Positions 9,697 to 19,683 of a stretch of DNA of 64,000 bases are shown here, one piece after another (within the stretch, counting starts at the first letter, position 1; the number at the start of each line of letters is the position of its first letter). The stretch is from an uncultured Gemmatimonadales bacterium (GTDB lineage: Bacteria; Gemmatimonadota; Gemmatimonadetes; Longimicrobiales; Gaopeijiaceae), in the NCBI GenBank assembly GCA_963809895.1, contig CAWELD010000003.1:1792001-1856000 (forward strand), in the 5' to 3' direction. A program made the translations under genes and the position numbers. Under the pieces are notes generated by a model. It was not told the origin of the DNA and did not search any database. It saw nothing but the letters and a program-made list of their open reading frames with translations.

Positions 9697-10446
9697 CTAC
9701 CCGGGCCTGCGCCCCAGCAGGAGGTGCGAGGAGCCCACGGGATTCCGCCATCCGCGGCGCAGCCAGTGGCGCTCCAGGGCGAAGACGCCTTCCAGGACGC
9801 GGTTCAGCGGCGCCGGCGGCACGCGTACCTGCAACGTGTCGGCGCCTTCGGGCCGGAGGCGGCGCCGCACCTTGCGGTCGAGGACGAACAGGGGGAGCAG
9901 GAGCGCGTTCAGGGGCGACGAGAACACGACGTCGAAGCCCACCTCTCCGACCCGGGCCTCCAGGTCGGCGACGCGGTAGCGGCGGCAGTGGCCGTTGGCC
10001 TCGTCCCACTCGCTCCACAGGCCGGGGTGTGCCGGCACCGTGACCAGCAGATGGCCGCCAGGCGCGCACGCGCGCGCCAGGCTCGCCAGCGCGGAGCGGT
10101 CGTCGGAGATGTGCTCCAGAACGTCCAGCGCGGTGATGACATGGTAATGGGCCTCGGGCAGGTCCGCGTCCGCGACCTCACCCTCCAGCACCCGCAACGC
10201 CGGATCGTCCCGCAACCACCGCAGCGCCTCGGGCGCAGACTCCAGGGCGTCCACCCGTCCGAAGCGGGTGAGGGCGTGGGTCATGAAGCCGGTGCCCGCA
10301 CCGACGTCCAGGACACGACGACCCCCGGGATGTTCGGCCTCCCCGAGCCGAGCCTCCAGAACGGCGGTGACGATGCGCCGGCGTGCCCGGAACCACCAGT
10401 GCCTGGATTCGACGTCCGCGAGGTTCCGGTAGAGGTCCGGCCTCAA
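9697..10446 (-). CDS. Class I SAM-dependent methyltransferase
   Basis: ESRHWWFRARR, VLDVGAGTG, DVLEH, TVPA...W...DEANGHCRRY; TTG start overlaps the GT2 stop (TTGA). Confidence 0.9.
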   Translation of the reverse strand: MRPDLYRNLADVESRHWWFRARRRIVTAVLEARLGEAEHPGGRRVLDVGAGTGFMTHALTRFGRVDALESAPEALRWLRDDPALRVLEGEVADADLPEAHYHVITALDVLEHISDDRSALASLARACAPGGHLLVTVPAHPGLWSEWDEANGHCRRYRVADLEARVGEVGFDVVFSSPLNALLLPLFVLDRKVRRRLRPEGADTLQVRVPPAPLNRVLEGVFALERHWLRRGWRNPVGSSHLLLGRRPG

Positions 10447-11447
10447 TCCCCACGCTCCGGAGCCTCGTCCACCCCCATGCCTCCGCTGGCCTGGATCAGG
10501 TAGAGCGGCCGCTGCTGGGTCTCGGTGTAGATGCGTCCCACGTACTCGCCGATGCTCCCCAGCATGAGGATCTGCACGCCGCCCAGGAAGAACATCCCGG
10601 TCACGAGAAAGGCGTATCCCGGAATCGGAATCCCCAGAAAGAGCTTCTGGAAGACCACCACGGCGATGGCGAGGACGCTGAACCCGGTCACCGCCAGGCC
10701 GGCCAGGGAGACCACACGGAGCGGGAAGGCGCTGAACGCCGTGACGGCATCGACGGCCAGCACGGTGAGCCTCCACACGCCGTAGTTCGTCTCGCCGGCG
10801 TTGCGGGCATCACGATCGTATTCCACCGCCGTAGCGGGAAAGCCGGTCCACGCCACCATCCCCCGCACGAAGCGGTTGCGCTCCGGCATGTGGAGCAGGG
10901 CGTCCACCACGCTGCGCGCCATGAGCCGGAAGTCGCCCGTGTCGGTGGGGAACGGGAAGCTCACCAGCCGGGACATGAGCCGATAGAAGAGGGCGCTGGT
11001 GGCCCGTTTGAAGACGGGCTCCCCGGCCCGGCGGCGACGCCGGCCGTAGACGATGTCGTACCCCGCGCGCCAGAGCTCCACCATGGCCGGCAGCACCTCC
11101 GGTGGATCCTGCAGGTCGGCGTCCATGAGCACCACCGCCTGCCCCCGGGCGTGGGCCAGGCCCGCGGTGCTGGCGGCCTCGTGCCCGAAGTTCCGCGAGA
11201 ACGCCAGGAAGCGCACGCGGGGATCATGGCGTCGGGCGGCCCGGATCCGCTCCAGGGTGCGGTCGGTGCTGCCATCGTCCACCAGGACCACCTCGACCTC
11301 GGGCGCGAGCTCCTCCAGTACCGGCAGCAGGCGCTGGAGAAGCGGGTCGATGTTGTCCTCTTCGTTGTGGCACGGCACCACGACCGAGAGGCTGGCCAGA
11401 GGCTCGCCCCGTGGCGAGACGTCCGGTTGCGCGCTGCTGGAGTCGAT
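10443..11447 (-). CDS. Glycosyltransferase family 2, GtrB/polyprenol-phosphate glycosyltransferase type (probable ATC start at 11447)
   Basis: SVVVPCHNEE, VDDGSTD, SRNFGHE, MDADLQDPPE, DTGDFRLM; two C-terminal TM helices. The first canonical start (11381) cuts into the first beta-strand. Confidence 0.93.
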   Translation of the reverse strand: MDSSSAQPDVSPRGEPLASLSVVVPCHNEEDNIDPLLQRLLPVLEELAPEVEVVLVDDGSTDRTLERIRAARRHDPRVRFLAFSRNFGHEAASTAGLAHARGQAVVLMDADLQDPPEVLPAMVELWRAGYDIVYGRRRRRAGEPVFKRATSALFYRLMSRLVSFPFPTDTGDFRLMARSVVDALLHMPERNRFVRGMVAWTGFPATAVEYDRDARNAGETNYGVWRLTVLAVDAVTAFSAFPLRVVSLAGLAVTGFSVLAIAVVVFQKLFLGIPIPGYAFLVTGMFFLGGVQILMLGSIGEYVGRIYTETQQRPLYLIQASGGMGVDEAPERGD

Positions 11448-11554
11448 GGGTGGCCTCCGCGACGGTGGGTCGGCTCGACGCGGGCCAAGGTAGCGCGCCG
11501 GTTGCGGGTCGGGTAGACTCGCTCCGTCCGTGTGCCCCTACCCCGAGGTCGCCC

Positions 11555-13684
11555 ATCTCCACGCCGCCGGATCGCCGCCAGAGGGTGGCTCGGATCGCCG
11601 CCTGGGTCCTGCCCGCGCTGCTCGCCCTCTTCTTCGTCTGGATCCTGAACCCGGTCCTGCTCACCCTGCGGACCACTCCCACGGGCTACGATCTGGGCGC
11701 CCATCTGGTGCCGCTCCGGGAAGCCATCACCCGCCTCCTGCCCACGGGACGGCTCCACGGCTGGAGCCACGGGTGGTTCGCCGGCTACCCGCTCTACTAC
11801 TTCTACTTCCCCCTGCCGGCGCTCCTCACGGGCCTGCTGAGCACGGTCCTCTCCTTCGAGGTGGCGACGAAGCTCATGTCGGTCGCGGGCATCGTGCTGT
11901 TGCCCTTCGGCGCCCTCGCGCTCGCTCGTGGACTGGGGCTGGCCGGGTGGAAGGCGGGGCTGCTGGCCGTGGCCACCGCCGCCATGGGGCTCATGCAGAG
12001 CAACCTGCACCTGGGCGGAAATCTCACCTCCACGCTGGCCGGCGAGTTCAGCTACGGTCTGTCGTTCACCCTGTCGCTGGTCTACCTGGGGCTCGTGCTG
12101 CGCGCGGCCGACCGGGAGCGGGCACCCAGCCGCGGGGTCCTCGCCGGCATCGTGCTGGCGCTGGTGGCGCTGTCGCACGTCATCACGACCTTTGCCGTGG
12201 TGGTGGCCAGCGCACCCCTGCTCGCGCAGCGGCGAGCGCGGCGTCCCGTGCTGGTGTCCTGGGGATTGGGGTTCGCCCTGGCCGGCTGGTGGACGGTGCC
12301 CTTCCTGCTCCGCTGGCCCTACCTCCCGCACTACGTGTGGGACTTTCCCCGGTCGCTGGCCGAGGTGGTGCCGCTCGAGCTGCTCCCGCTCTTTCCGGTG
12401 GCGGGCGTGGGGGCGTGGCTGCTCGCCCGGCGCCGCCCCTGGGCGCTGGCGGTGCTGGCCGGGGCGATGGTGGCGGCGCTGGGCTTCTACCTGCACCCCG
12501 TGTCCAGCGCGTTTCCGGGCCGGGTCCTGCCCTACTGGTTCCTCGCGGTCCACGTGCTGGCCGGATGGGCTGGAATCGTGGCGCTGGAGACCTGGCTCAC
12601 GCATCGCCACACACCCCGCCGGGCGCTGGTGGGCCTGGTCGGCGCCGGCGCCGTGGCGGTGGCGTTCGCGCTGGTGGAAGGGGCTCGCGACACCCGTCCG
12701 CTCCGGGAGTGGGCCCAGTGGAACTACTCGGGGTTCGAGGCCAAGGAGGCGCCCTGGGACCTGGTGCGCTCCCTGGGTGAGCTGCCCCCGGGCCGGATCG
12801 ACTGGGAGGACAATGCCGCGCTCCTCTCCTACGGCACCCCGCACGCCTTCACCCTGCTCCCCTACTGGACCTCCCACGCCGTGCTCGGAGGACTGCTCAT
12901 CGAGTCCAGCCTGACCGGACCCTTCTACCTGCGTATCCGGGACGAGACCAGCCCCGGGCGCGCCACGCGTCGCGAGCTCGTGCTGCCGACGCCCCATCCC
13001 ACGGACTACGCGAGGGGGTTCCGGCACCTGGCCCTGTTCGGCGTGCCCTGGTACGTGGCGATCTCGCCCGAAGCCAGGACCGGAGCGCGCGCCGTGCCGG
13101 GGGTGGAGGAGGTGCTCGACCTGCCGACGGCCTCCGTCTTCCACATCCCGGATGCGGAGCTGGTCACCGTGGCCGCGCGTGAGCCCGTGGTGCTCGAGAG
13201 CGGGGACTTCATGGAGGAGGCCATCGCCTGGTTCGACGGTGGCGGGCGCGAAGGGGGGCCGCTCCTGGCTCGCGACGGGCCGTCCGAGTGGGTCCGGGTG
13301 GCCAACGCCGACGAGGCGCTGGCTCGATCCGAGACCGCCACACCGGGGGGCTCCGTGCCCGGCGGCGCGGTCTCGGCCGTCACGCTGGGCCCGGAGGCGG
13401 TGAGCTTCCACACCACGGCGGTGGGGCGCCCCCACCTGGTGAAGGTCTCGTACTTCCCCAACTGGCGGGCCGAGGGCGCGGACGGCCCCTGGTGGGTCGC
13501 GCCCTCGCTCATGCTGGTGGTGCCCACGAGCGAAGACGTCCGCCTCGTGTTCCGGCCCACCTGGGTGGAGCGGTTGGGTCTGGGACTGACGGTGGCGGGC
13601 GTTCTGGTGTTGGCGGGTGCCGGGACCCTCGCCCTCCGTGCAGGGGGGCGAGGGCCGAGACGGCGGTCTACATACCCTTCATGA
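11555..13684 (+). CDS. Polytopic membrane protein of the '6-pyruvoyl-tetrahydropterin synthase-related' (GT-C-like) type; start ATC 11555 or GTG 11585
   Basis: TGYDLGAH, WFAGYPLYYFYFPLP, GGNLTSTLAGEFSY, WNYSGFEAK, KVSYFPNW; many TM segments. Confidence 0.8.
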   Translation: MSTPPDRRQRVARIAAWVLPALLALFFVWILNPVLLTLRTTPTGYDLGAHLVPLREAITRLLPTGRLHGWSHGWFAGYPLYYFYFPLPALLTGLLSTVLSFEVATKLMSVAGIVLLPFGALALARGLGLAGWKAGLLAVATAAMGLMQSNLHLGGNLTSTLAGEFSYGLSFTLSLVYLGLVLRAADRERAPSRGVLAGIVLALVALSHVITTFAVVVASAPLLAQRRARRPVLVSWGLGFALAGWWTVPFLLRWPYLPHYVWDFPRSLAEVVPLELLPLFPVAGVGAWLLARRRPWALAVLAGAMVAALGFYLHPVSSAFPGRVLPYWFLAVHVLAGWAGIVALETWLTHRHTPRRALVGLVGAGAVAVAFALVEGARDTRPLREWAQWNYSGFEAKEAPWDLVRSLGELPPGRIDWEDNAALLSYGTPHAFTLLPYWTSHAVLGGLLIESSLTGPFYLRIRDETSPGRATRRELVLPTPHPTDYARGFRHLALFGVPWYVAISPEARTGARAVPGVEEVLDLPTASVFHIPDAELVTVAAREPVVLESGDFMEEAIAWFDGGGREGGPLLARDGPSEWVRVANADEALARSETATPGGSVPGGAVSAVTLGPEAVSFHTTAVGRPHLVKVSYFPNWRAEGADGPWWVAPSLMLVVPTSEDVRLVFRPTWVERLGLGLTVAGVLVLAGAGTLALRAGGRGPRRRSTYPS

Positions 13685-14114
13685 GTTGTCCTCGTACCGC
13701 TCCGCCCGGGAACGCCGCGTTGTGCACGTTCACGTAGAACAGCTGCGGGCTCTGCCGGAGTTCCTTGATGAGTTCCGCATCCGCGTCGACGCAGCCGTCC
13801 GCGGTGCCACCCACCGGCGCCGACAGCGCTACCACGGGTGGGCCGTCCTGACCCTCTGAGCCGCGATGGATGTGGGCGGCGGTGGGTGACTCCACCCCGG
13901 TCACTTCGAGGTCGTAGCACACCTGGTTCTGGCCCTGATTGAGGCGGATTGTGGCCGTGCCGCTGGCCCCCTGGGCACCGCCCTGGGTCTCGGCCTCACC
14001 GGTGAGTTGGGCCATGAGCGGGCGTCCGCTGTCGTCCTGAGCCCGCACCGGACTCGCAACCGCGAGCGCACCGGTCAGGAGGAGAGTGGCGACGCCGATT
14101 GGGAGGGTCTTCAT
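13668..14114 (-). CDS. CHRD domain-containing secreted protein
   Basis: Signal peptide MKTLPIG…; AAHIHRG, YVNVHNAAFPGGAVRGQL. Confidence 0.9.
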   Translation of the reverse strand: MKTLPIGVATLLLTGALAVASPVRAQDDSGRPLMAQLTGEAETQGGAQGASGTATIRLNQGQNQVCYDLEVTGVESPTAAHIHRGSEGQDGPPVVALSAPVGGTADGCVDADAELIKELRQSPQLFYVNVHNAAFPGGAVRGQLMKGM

Positions 14115-14192
14115 CTCTGTCTCTCCATGTCTGGGGGGATCTGTGTGCCGCAGCGTTCCGGCAACGGTCGGGACGCCACTTCCACCATCGCA

Positions 14193-14208
14193 TGCAAGGT
14201 CGGGGCCG
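14193..14208 (-). promoter_or_regulatory. Possible sigma54 promoter for the CHRD gene
   Basis: Minus strand CGGCCCCGACCTTGCA = GG-N10-GC with TTGCA at -12; about 80 bp upstream of the ATG. Confidence 0.45.
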
Positions 14209-14273
14209 GGACATTCCGGGCGCCCCGGGCGTATGAACGAGCGAAGATCCCCACGCCCTGCTCCGGAGGCCTC

Positions 14274-14651
14274 ATGTCGCACGAACCCTACCCCACGGCC
14301 AGTCGCGAAGAGGACAAGTACTTCCACCGCAAGGAGGTGGAGCGGCGCATGGAGCGCGCACGCAAGCGCGAGGCGCGGCGTGACGACGAGGAGCGCAAGC
14401 ACCTGAGAGAGCTCCATCACGACCACTGCCCGGAGTGCGGCGCCGGGCTGGAGCGCCTCACCGTACAGGAGGGCGAGGTGCGTCAGTGTCCGGTGTGCCG
14501 CGGCGTGTGGATGGACGAAGAGCTGTTCGGACATCTCACCCATCCGGAACAGGAGAAGGTCGGGTACCTGACCCGGATTTTCCGCCAGCTCATCCTGGAG
14601 TGGACGCTGGGGGATCTTCCCGACGAGACCGCCCCCGGCAAGGGACGCTGA
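14274..14651 (+). CDS. zf-TFIIB zinc-ribbon domain protein
   Basis: SREEDKYFHR…CPECG…CPVCRGVWMD; GGAGG SD. Confidence 0.85.
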   Translation: MSHEPYPTASREEDKYFHRKEVERRMERARKREARRDDEERKHLRELHHDHCPECGAGLERLTVQEGEVRQCPVCRGVWMDEELFGHLTHPEQEKVGYLTRIFRQLILEWTLGDLPDETAPGKGR

Positions 14652-14658
14652 GCGGATC

Positions 14659-17307
14659 TCAGCCGCCCGCCGCTTCCTGCTCGGCCCGGAAGTGGGCGGC
14701 CTGGTCCGGCTCCCCGAGAGCCTCGTAGACCTCCACGAGGTCGGTGCGAGCCGACGTGAGCCAGCTCACCGAGGGGGTGGATTGGGCCGCGACGATGTCG
14801 TATCCCGCCCGGGATTCGGCCTCCGCCTCGCGGTAGCGGCCCTGGCGTAGCAGCACGCGGCCCAGCTTGATGCGGGCGATCCCGGCATGGAGGCTGTTGG
14901 CCGGAAGCGTCGCGGCGAACTGCTCGAGGGCCTGACGGAAGAGCGGCTCGGCGGCGCGGTAGTCCTCGGCCTGCAGATACGTGCTGGCCAGGTTCGCCAG
15001 CGCGATGCCGATGAGGTAGTGGTGCTCACCGTAGACCTGACGGTAGATGGCGAGCATGCGCTGGAAGTCGGCCCGCGCCGTCTCGATGTCGTCAGCCTGA
15101 AGCGCCGTCACCGCCAGATCGTTCAGCGTGGAGGCCACCGCCGGATGCACCGGGCCGTAGACGCGCTCCTGGATCGCCAGGCTCCGCCTGAGCAGGCCCG
15201 CCGCCTCGTCCGTGCGGCCCTGGTAGGCGAGGGCACGACCCAGCATGGTCAGGTTCGACGCGGTCTGATAGTGGTCCGATCCGAAGTAGGGCTCGATGAT
15301 GGCCAGCGCCTGGCGGTAGAGCCTCTCGGCCTCGTCGTAGCGGCCGCGCTGAAACTGGATCGCGCCGAGGTTGATGAGGATGTCGGCGACGAAGGGATGG
15401 CCTTCGCCGTAGGTGCGGCGGTCCATGGCCAACACCATGCGGTTCAGGGTGTCCGACGCCTCGTAGTCCCCGGCGTTGAACTGCGTGTTGGCCAGCTCCG
15501 TGAGTGCCGACGACAGGTCCGGGCCGTCGGGATCCAGCAGCCGCTGGGCCGCCACGGCCTCTTCCAGCGTGCGGACGGCGGCATCGTACTCCCCCCGCTC
15601 GCTCTGGACGTGGCCGAGGGCGATCTGAGCACGGATCAGGTCCTGGCTGCCGGCCGGGAACACGCGCCGTCCGAGCGCCAGTCCCGCGCGCACCAGGCTG
15701 TCCGCCTCGTCGAGGCGTGCCTCGTCGGCGCGCAGCAGCGCGAGGTCCACGAGGCTCCGCGCCACGTCCGGGTGTTCCGGTCCCTGCGCACGGCGCTGCG
15801 CCAACGCCGTCTCGAGAAGGGAGTCGGCCCGCGGAAAGTTGCCCAGCTTCTGATAGATCCCGCCCAGCGTGCCGTAGAGCTCGGCCTGGGTCTCGGGCTC
15901 GCGGTCCAGCAACCTGGCCTGGCGCACACCGCGGTCCACCAACGTCACCACCCGCAGGCTGTCGGCGGGCCCGGCATCGTCGGCACCGCCGTCGAAGAGG
16001 CTCAACGTGAAGTCCTGGATGCGGCGGGTGCGGGCGGCTTCGGCCACGGCGGCGTCGCGCGCCGCCGCCAGGCGGATCGTGTAGAACGTCACCAGCGTCA
16101 CCAGCGCCACCAGGGCCGCCGTGGCCGCCGACAGCGTCACCCAGTGTCTGCGAACGAACTTCCCCACCCGGTACCCGACGCTGTCCGGACGCGCCTCCAG
16201 GGGCTCGCCGGCCAGGAAGTGGTCCAGATCGCGAATCAGCGCGTCGACGGTGACGTAGCGGCGGGCCGGCTCCTTGTGCATGGCCGTCAGGCACAGCACG
16301 TCCAGGTCCGCCCACGCCGCGCGCCCCACCCGGCCCAGGCGGTGCACGCCTTCGTGCGGCGCCCCCTCGTGGCGGGCCAGCGCCGAGGGTCGGGGAGGCT
16401 CCCGGTCCAGGATCATGGCTTCCATCTGGCCCGGCGTCCGCCGCGACAGGTCGAAGGGCAGGCGGTCGGTGAGGAGCTCGTAGAGGATGACGCCCAGCGA
16501 GTAGATGTCCGTGTAGACGCCCACGGGATCTCCCCGCACCAGCTCCGGCGCCGCGTATGCCGGCGTCATGAGGCGGAGCGCCGTGCGCGTCTGATCGGCG
16601 GGATCCTCGAGCTCCTCCATCTGCTTGGCGATGCCGAAGTCCAGGAGCTTCACCGCGCCGCTGGGAGTCACCAGGATGTTCGACGGCTTCAGGTCGCGGT
16701 GGACCACGGCCTCGGCGTGGGCGAAGCGCGCGGCCTCGCACACGGTACGGAAGAGCTGGAGACGGTCCCGCAACGACAGGTCCCGCTCCCGACAGTACTC
16801 CGTGAGCGGCTCGCCCTCCACGTATTCCATGACGAAGTAGGGCGTCCCGTCCGGCATGGTGTCCGCGTCGTAGAGACGGCCGATGGCGGGATGCGACAGC
16901 TGCGCCAGCGTGCGTTGCTCGGCGGCGAAGCGTTCACGCCGCGCCGGCGACAGCGACGCGTCGCGGAGCATCTTGATGGCGACCCGTTGACCGAGATCGT
17001 CGCGCACAGCCAGGTAGACGATCCCCATGCCGCCCTCACCGAGTACGCGCAGGACGCGATACGGTCCGACCCGCACCGGGCTGGGCAGGGGGACGTCCAG
17101 CACTTCCCGCGCGACGACGGCCAGATCCTGGTCCACCACGGACTCCCCCCCGGCATCCTCCTCCAGCAGAGCCATGACCTGCTCGCCCAGCTCGGGGTCG
17201 GCCCCGCAGCGGTCGGCGATGAAGTCGGCCCGCTCGCTCTCCGGCCGCTCCAGCGCCGCATGGAAGAGGGCCTGGATGCGCACCCAGCGCTGGGCATCCA
17301 GGTTCAC
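14659..17307 (-). CDS. Hanks-type Ser/Thr protein kinase with a TM helix and extracytoplasmic TPR array
   Basis: GEGGMGIVY, VAIK, HRDLKPSN, DFG, TPAYAAPE; TPR repeats; directly downstream of an ECF gene. Confidence 0.95.
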   Translation of the reverse strand: MNLDAQRWVRIQALFHAALERPESERADFIADRCGADPELGEQVMALLEEDAGGESVVDQDLAVVAREVLDVPLPSPVRVGPYRVLRVLGEGGMGIVYLAVRDDLGQRVAIKMLRDASLSPARRERFAAEQRTLAQLSHPAIGRLYDADTMPDGTPYFVMEYVEGEPLTEYCRERDLSLRDRLQLFRTVCEAARFAHAEAVVHRDLKPSNILVTPSGAVKLLDFGIAKQMEELEDPADQTRTALRLMTPAYAAPELVRGDPVGVYTDIYSLGVILYELLTDRLPFDLSRRTPGQMEAMILDREPPRPSALARHEGAPHEGVHRLGRVGRAAWADLDVLCLTAMHKEPARRYVTVDALIRDLDHFLAGEPLEARPDSVGYRVGKFVRRHWVTLSAATAALVALVTLVTFYTIRLAAARDAAVAEAARTRRIQDFTLSLFDGGADDAGPADSLRVVTLVDRGVRQARLLDREPETQAELYGTLGGIYQKLGNFPRADSLLETALAQRRAQGPEHPDVARSLVDLALLRADEARLDEADSLVRAGLALGRRVFPAGSQDLIRAQIALGHVQSERGEYDAAVRTLEEAVAAQRLLDPDGPDLSSALTELANTQFNAGDYEASDTLNRMVLAMDRRTYGEGHPFVADILINLGAIQFQRGRYDEAERLYRQALAIIEPYFGSDHYQTASNLTMLGRALAYQGRTDEAAGLLRRSLAIQERVYGPVHPAVASTLNDLAVTALQADDIETARADFQRMLAIYRQVYGEHHYLIGIALANLASTYLQAEDYRAAEPLFRQALEQFAATLPANSLHAGIARIKLGRVLLRQGRYREAEAESRAGYDIVAAQSTPSVSWLTSARTDLVEVYEALGEPDQAAHFRAEQEAAGG

Positions 17308-17308
17308 C

Positions 17309-17890
17309 TCATCCCCCCCGGGGCCGGAGCCTCAGCGCGAGCCAGGCTCGGGCCGCTCGCCAGTCCCGCAGCAGCGTGGACTCGGATACGTCCAGGAGCT
17401 CGGCGGTCTCGGCCAGGCTCAATCCCCCGAAGAACCGGTACTCCACCATGCGTGCCTGTCTCGGATCGAGCTCGGACAGCTCGGCCAGGGCGGCGTCCAA
17501 CGCCAGGAGCTCCTCGGAGCCGTCCACCACGGCGTCCAACGACTCGTCCAGCGTGACCAGCGGCACGCCTCCCCCACGCTTGGAGGCGTTCCGGCGGCGG
17601 GCCGCCTCCACCAGGACCTGACGCATGGCACGGGCCGCGATGCGCTTGAAATGGAGCCGCGATGCGGGCGCCATGCGCAGCGACCCCGCCAGCTTGAGAT
17701 AGGCTTCGTTGACGAGCGCCGTGGGATTCAGCGTCTCGCTGGGGTCGCCACGGCCGACGGACGAGGCGAGCCGGCGCAACTCCTCGTACGTGCTGCTGAA
17801 GAGCTGGTCGAGCTCCGCCTGATCGAGGTCCATGGGGGTCGCCTTGCCCATGCCGTGGGGAGGGATGGCAGAACGGGCCCAATCTCCCAT
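17309..17890 (-). CDS. ECF sigma factor, kinase-associated (TIGR02999-like); start may be 17833
   Basis: YEELRRLA…TLNPTALVNEAYLKL…ARAMRQVLV…KRGGG…VEYRFFGGL…RDWRAARAWL. Confidence 0.92.
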   Translation of the reverse strand: MGDWARSAIPPHGMGKATPMDLDQAELDQLFSSTYEELRRLASSVGRGDPSETLNPTALVNEAYLKLAGSLRMAPASRLHFKRIAARAMRQVLVEAARRRNASKRGGGVPLVTLDESLDAVVDGSEELLALDAALAELSELDPRQARMVEYRFFGGLSLAETAELLDVSESTLLRDWRAARAWLALRLRPRGG

Positions 17891-18067
17891 GGGAGCGAAC
17901 CGCGGGCAAGAAGATCATGCCGGACCGGGACAAGGGAATCGTGGCGTCGGTGACCCCGACCCACTCGTCTGCAATGCGCAGAGTGCACCGCCCACCCGTC
18001 ACGCACAGGGGGGACGGGCTGGTTCCGCCCGCCCCCCCTTCCCTACCGGACCCACGACGCTGCCAGG

Positions 18068-18799
18068 TCAGTCGCGTCCGCCGTGGTCGTCCTCGCGGGT
18101 CTCGGCCTTCAGGGTCGCGGCCAGGATGAGCGCGTCGGCGCGCAGCAGTCCCTCGCCCTCCACCCGCGTCGTGGTGCCGGCGCGGAGCGCCCGACCCAGC
18201 TCGGCGAAGGTGGTCAGGTCGCCCCGCGGGTCGAACTCCGTGCGATGCTCGAAGACGTCGACCAGGACGCGCCGACCGTGGCGCGCCACCGCCAGCTGCA
18301 TGATCCGCATGGGCGCCTCACCGGTGACGGAGAGGATGCGCGCTTCGCCGGCGAACTCGTGATGATGTCCCCGCGTGTCGGCCGTCACCGACACGCCGTC
18401 GACGTCCAGGGTCACGTCGACCTGGACCATGCCACCGGCCTGGACACCCTGCAGGTCGATGTCGGCGTCCAGCGCTCCCCGGCGAAAACGCAGACGGATG
18501 CGCCCGTTCCGGGCCCGGGTCTCCAGCCTGAAGCGGCCGCTGGCGTCGGTGACGTCGGACGCGGCGTCGCCCTCGGCCGCCACGGTGATGCCGCCCAGCT
18601 CCGGCGAGGAGGTCGTGGCGGCCGCGGCGGCCTGGCCGCCGGCGGGCGAGGCGAACAGCTGCCCGGCCACGACCACTGGGGCGTCGGCAGCCGACTCCGG
18701 CACGGCGGGGTCTCCGGACGCGTCGCAGGCCGCCAACGACGCGAGGACCGCGAGGCCCAGAGCGGGGAGCACCCGACGCGAGGTCGTGAAGGTGTTCAT
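18068..18799 (-). CDS. Lipoprotein, DUF5666-like beta domain
   Basis: Lipobox LAAC; carboxypeptidase-regulatory-like segment (TDASGRF); C-terminal RVEGEG…LILA repeat-like motif. Confidence 0.7.
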   Translation of the reverse strand: MNTFTTSRRVLPALGLAVLASLAACDASGDPAVPESAADAPVVVAGQLFASPAGGQAAAAATTSSPELGGITVAAEGDAASDVTDASGRFRLETRARNGRIRLRFRRGALDADIDLQGVQAGGMVQVDVTLDVDGVSVTADTRGHHHEFAGEARILSVTGEAPMRIMQLAVARHGRRVLVDVFEHRTEFDPRGDLTTFAELGRALRAGTTTRVEGEGLLRADALILAATLKAETREDDHGGRD

Positions 18800-19005
18800 G
18801 ATTCCCTCCGAGTGATGGAATGAGGTCCTGCGCGCTTCCGTTCCATCACCCTGGCAACCCATGTGCCCTTGAGTGGCCAGCGCCGGGATTGCCGCATCCC
18901 GCCGCGCCATTCATGCCCTGTCACGCCCCCGATGGGACACTCGCCGCTGAACTGTGTGACCCGAAAACATGCACCCATGTATGGGGTAGGCACCAGAAAC
19001 GGGCG

Positions 19006-19683
19006 TCAGCGCACCACCACCGTCACCGCGTCGCGGAAGATCGCCTGCGCCACGCGCCGGAGATCGGGATCGGCGCTCCTGAGCCAGGTTTCGGTGTTGA
19101 GGTCCACCAGGAGCTCGACGCTGCCGCCTTCCGCCACGTCCAGGTCGATAGCCTTGTCCACGGTGATGGACGCGTTCTCCAGCTCCACGCGCACCTCGCC
19201 CACCACCGGGACGCCGTCGATGATGAGGCCCGAGTCCACCTCGGCCTTGATCTCGGTGAAGATGATGCGGAGCGCGTCGTAGTGGACCGCAGGGACGCTC
19301 CGGCGGACCACGTCGGCCTCCTGGCGCCCCCGGACGTCGACCCGCACCCGCACCTCGTCGTCGGACAGCGATACCACCCGGTCGTTGGGGCCCACCAGAT
19401 AGAGCCGAAACGCCACCTCGACCTCGCCGTCGGGCTCCTCACCGCCGTCGTCGGCCCTCGCCGCGGGAGTCAGGACGGCGGGTAGGGCCGCGGACGGAAG
19501 CCCCTGAACGGCGGCCGGCGCGCCGGGCGCATCACCGGAGACGACCACGGCGGCCTCGCCGTCCTCTCCACCTGCGGTGAGGTTCCCGCACCCCCACGCC
19601 ATCATGGTCAGCAGGATCGTACCCACGACGCGCCAGCGGACGCCCCGTGTCCCGAACCGTACGCGAGCTTCACGCGTCTCCAT
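19006..19683 (-). CDS. Lipoprotein, DUF4382-like
   Basis: Lipobox AWGC; beta-rich body ending ELLVDLN; overlaps the TPR gene stop. Confidence 0.7.
   Translation of the reverse strand: METREARVRFGTRGVRWRVVGTILLTMMAWGCGNLTAGGEDGEAAVVVSGDAPGAPAAVQGLPSAALPAVLTPAARADDGGEEPDGEVEVAFRLYLVGPNDRVVSLSDDEVRVRVDVRGRQEADVVRRSVPAVHYDALRIIFTEIKAEVDSGLIIDGVPVVGEVRVELENASITVDKAIDLDVAEGGSVELLVDLNTETWLRSADPDLRRVAQAIFRDAVTVVVR

Noticed and set aside
18812..18849. Hairpin GTGATGGAA…TTCCATCAC upstream of the lipoprotein SD as a riboswitch
   Set aside because: It does not cover the SD and matches no riboswitch I recognise; probably a 5' stabilising stem.
17971..18930. Shared GCGTGAC motif upstream of the ECF and the DUF5666-like gene as an ECF promoter
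   Set aside because: The putative -10 elements and spacings disagree; too weak in GC-rich DNA.
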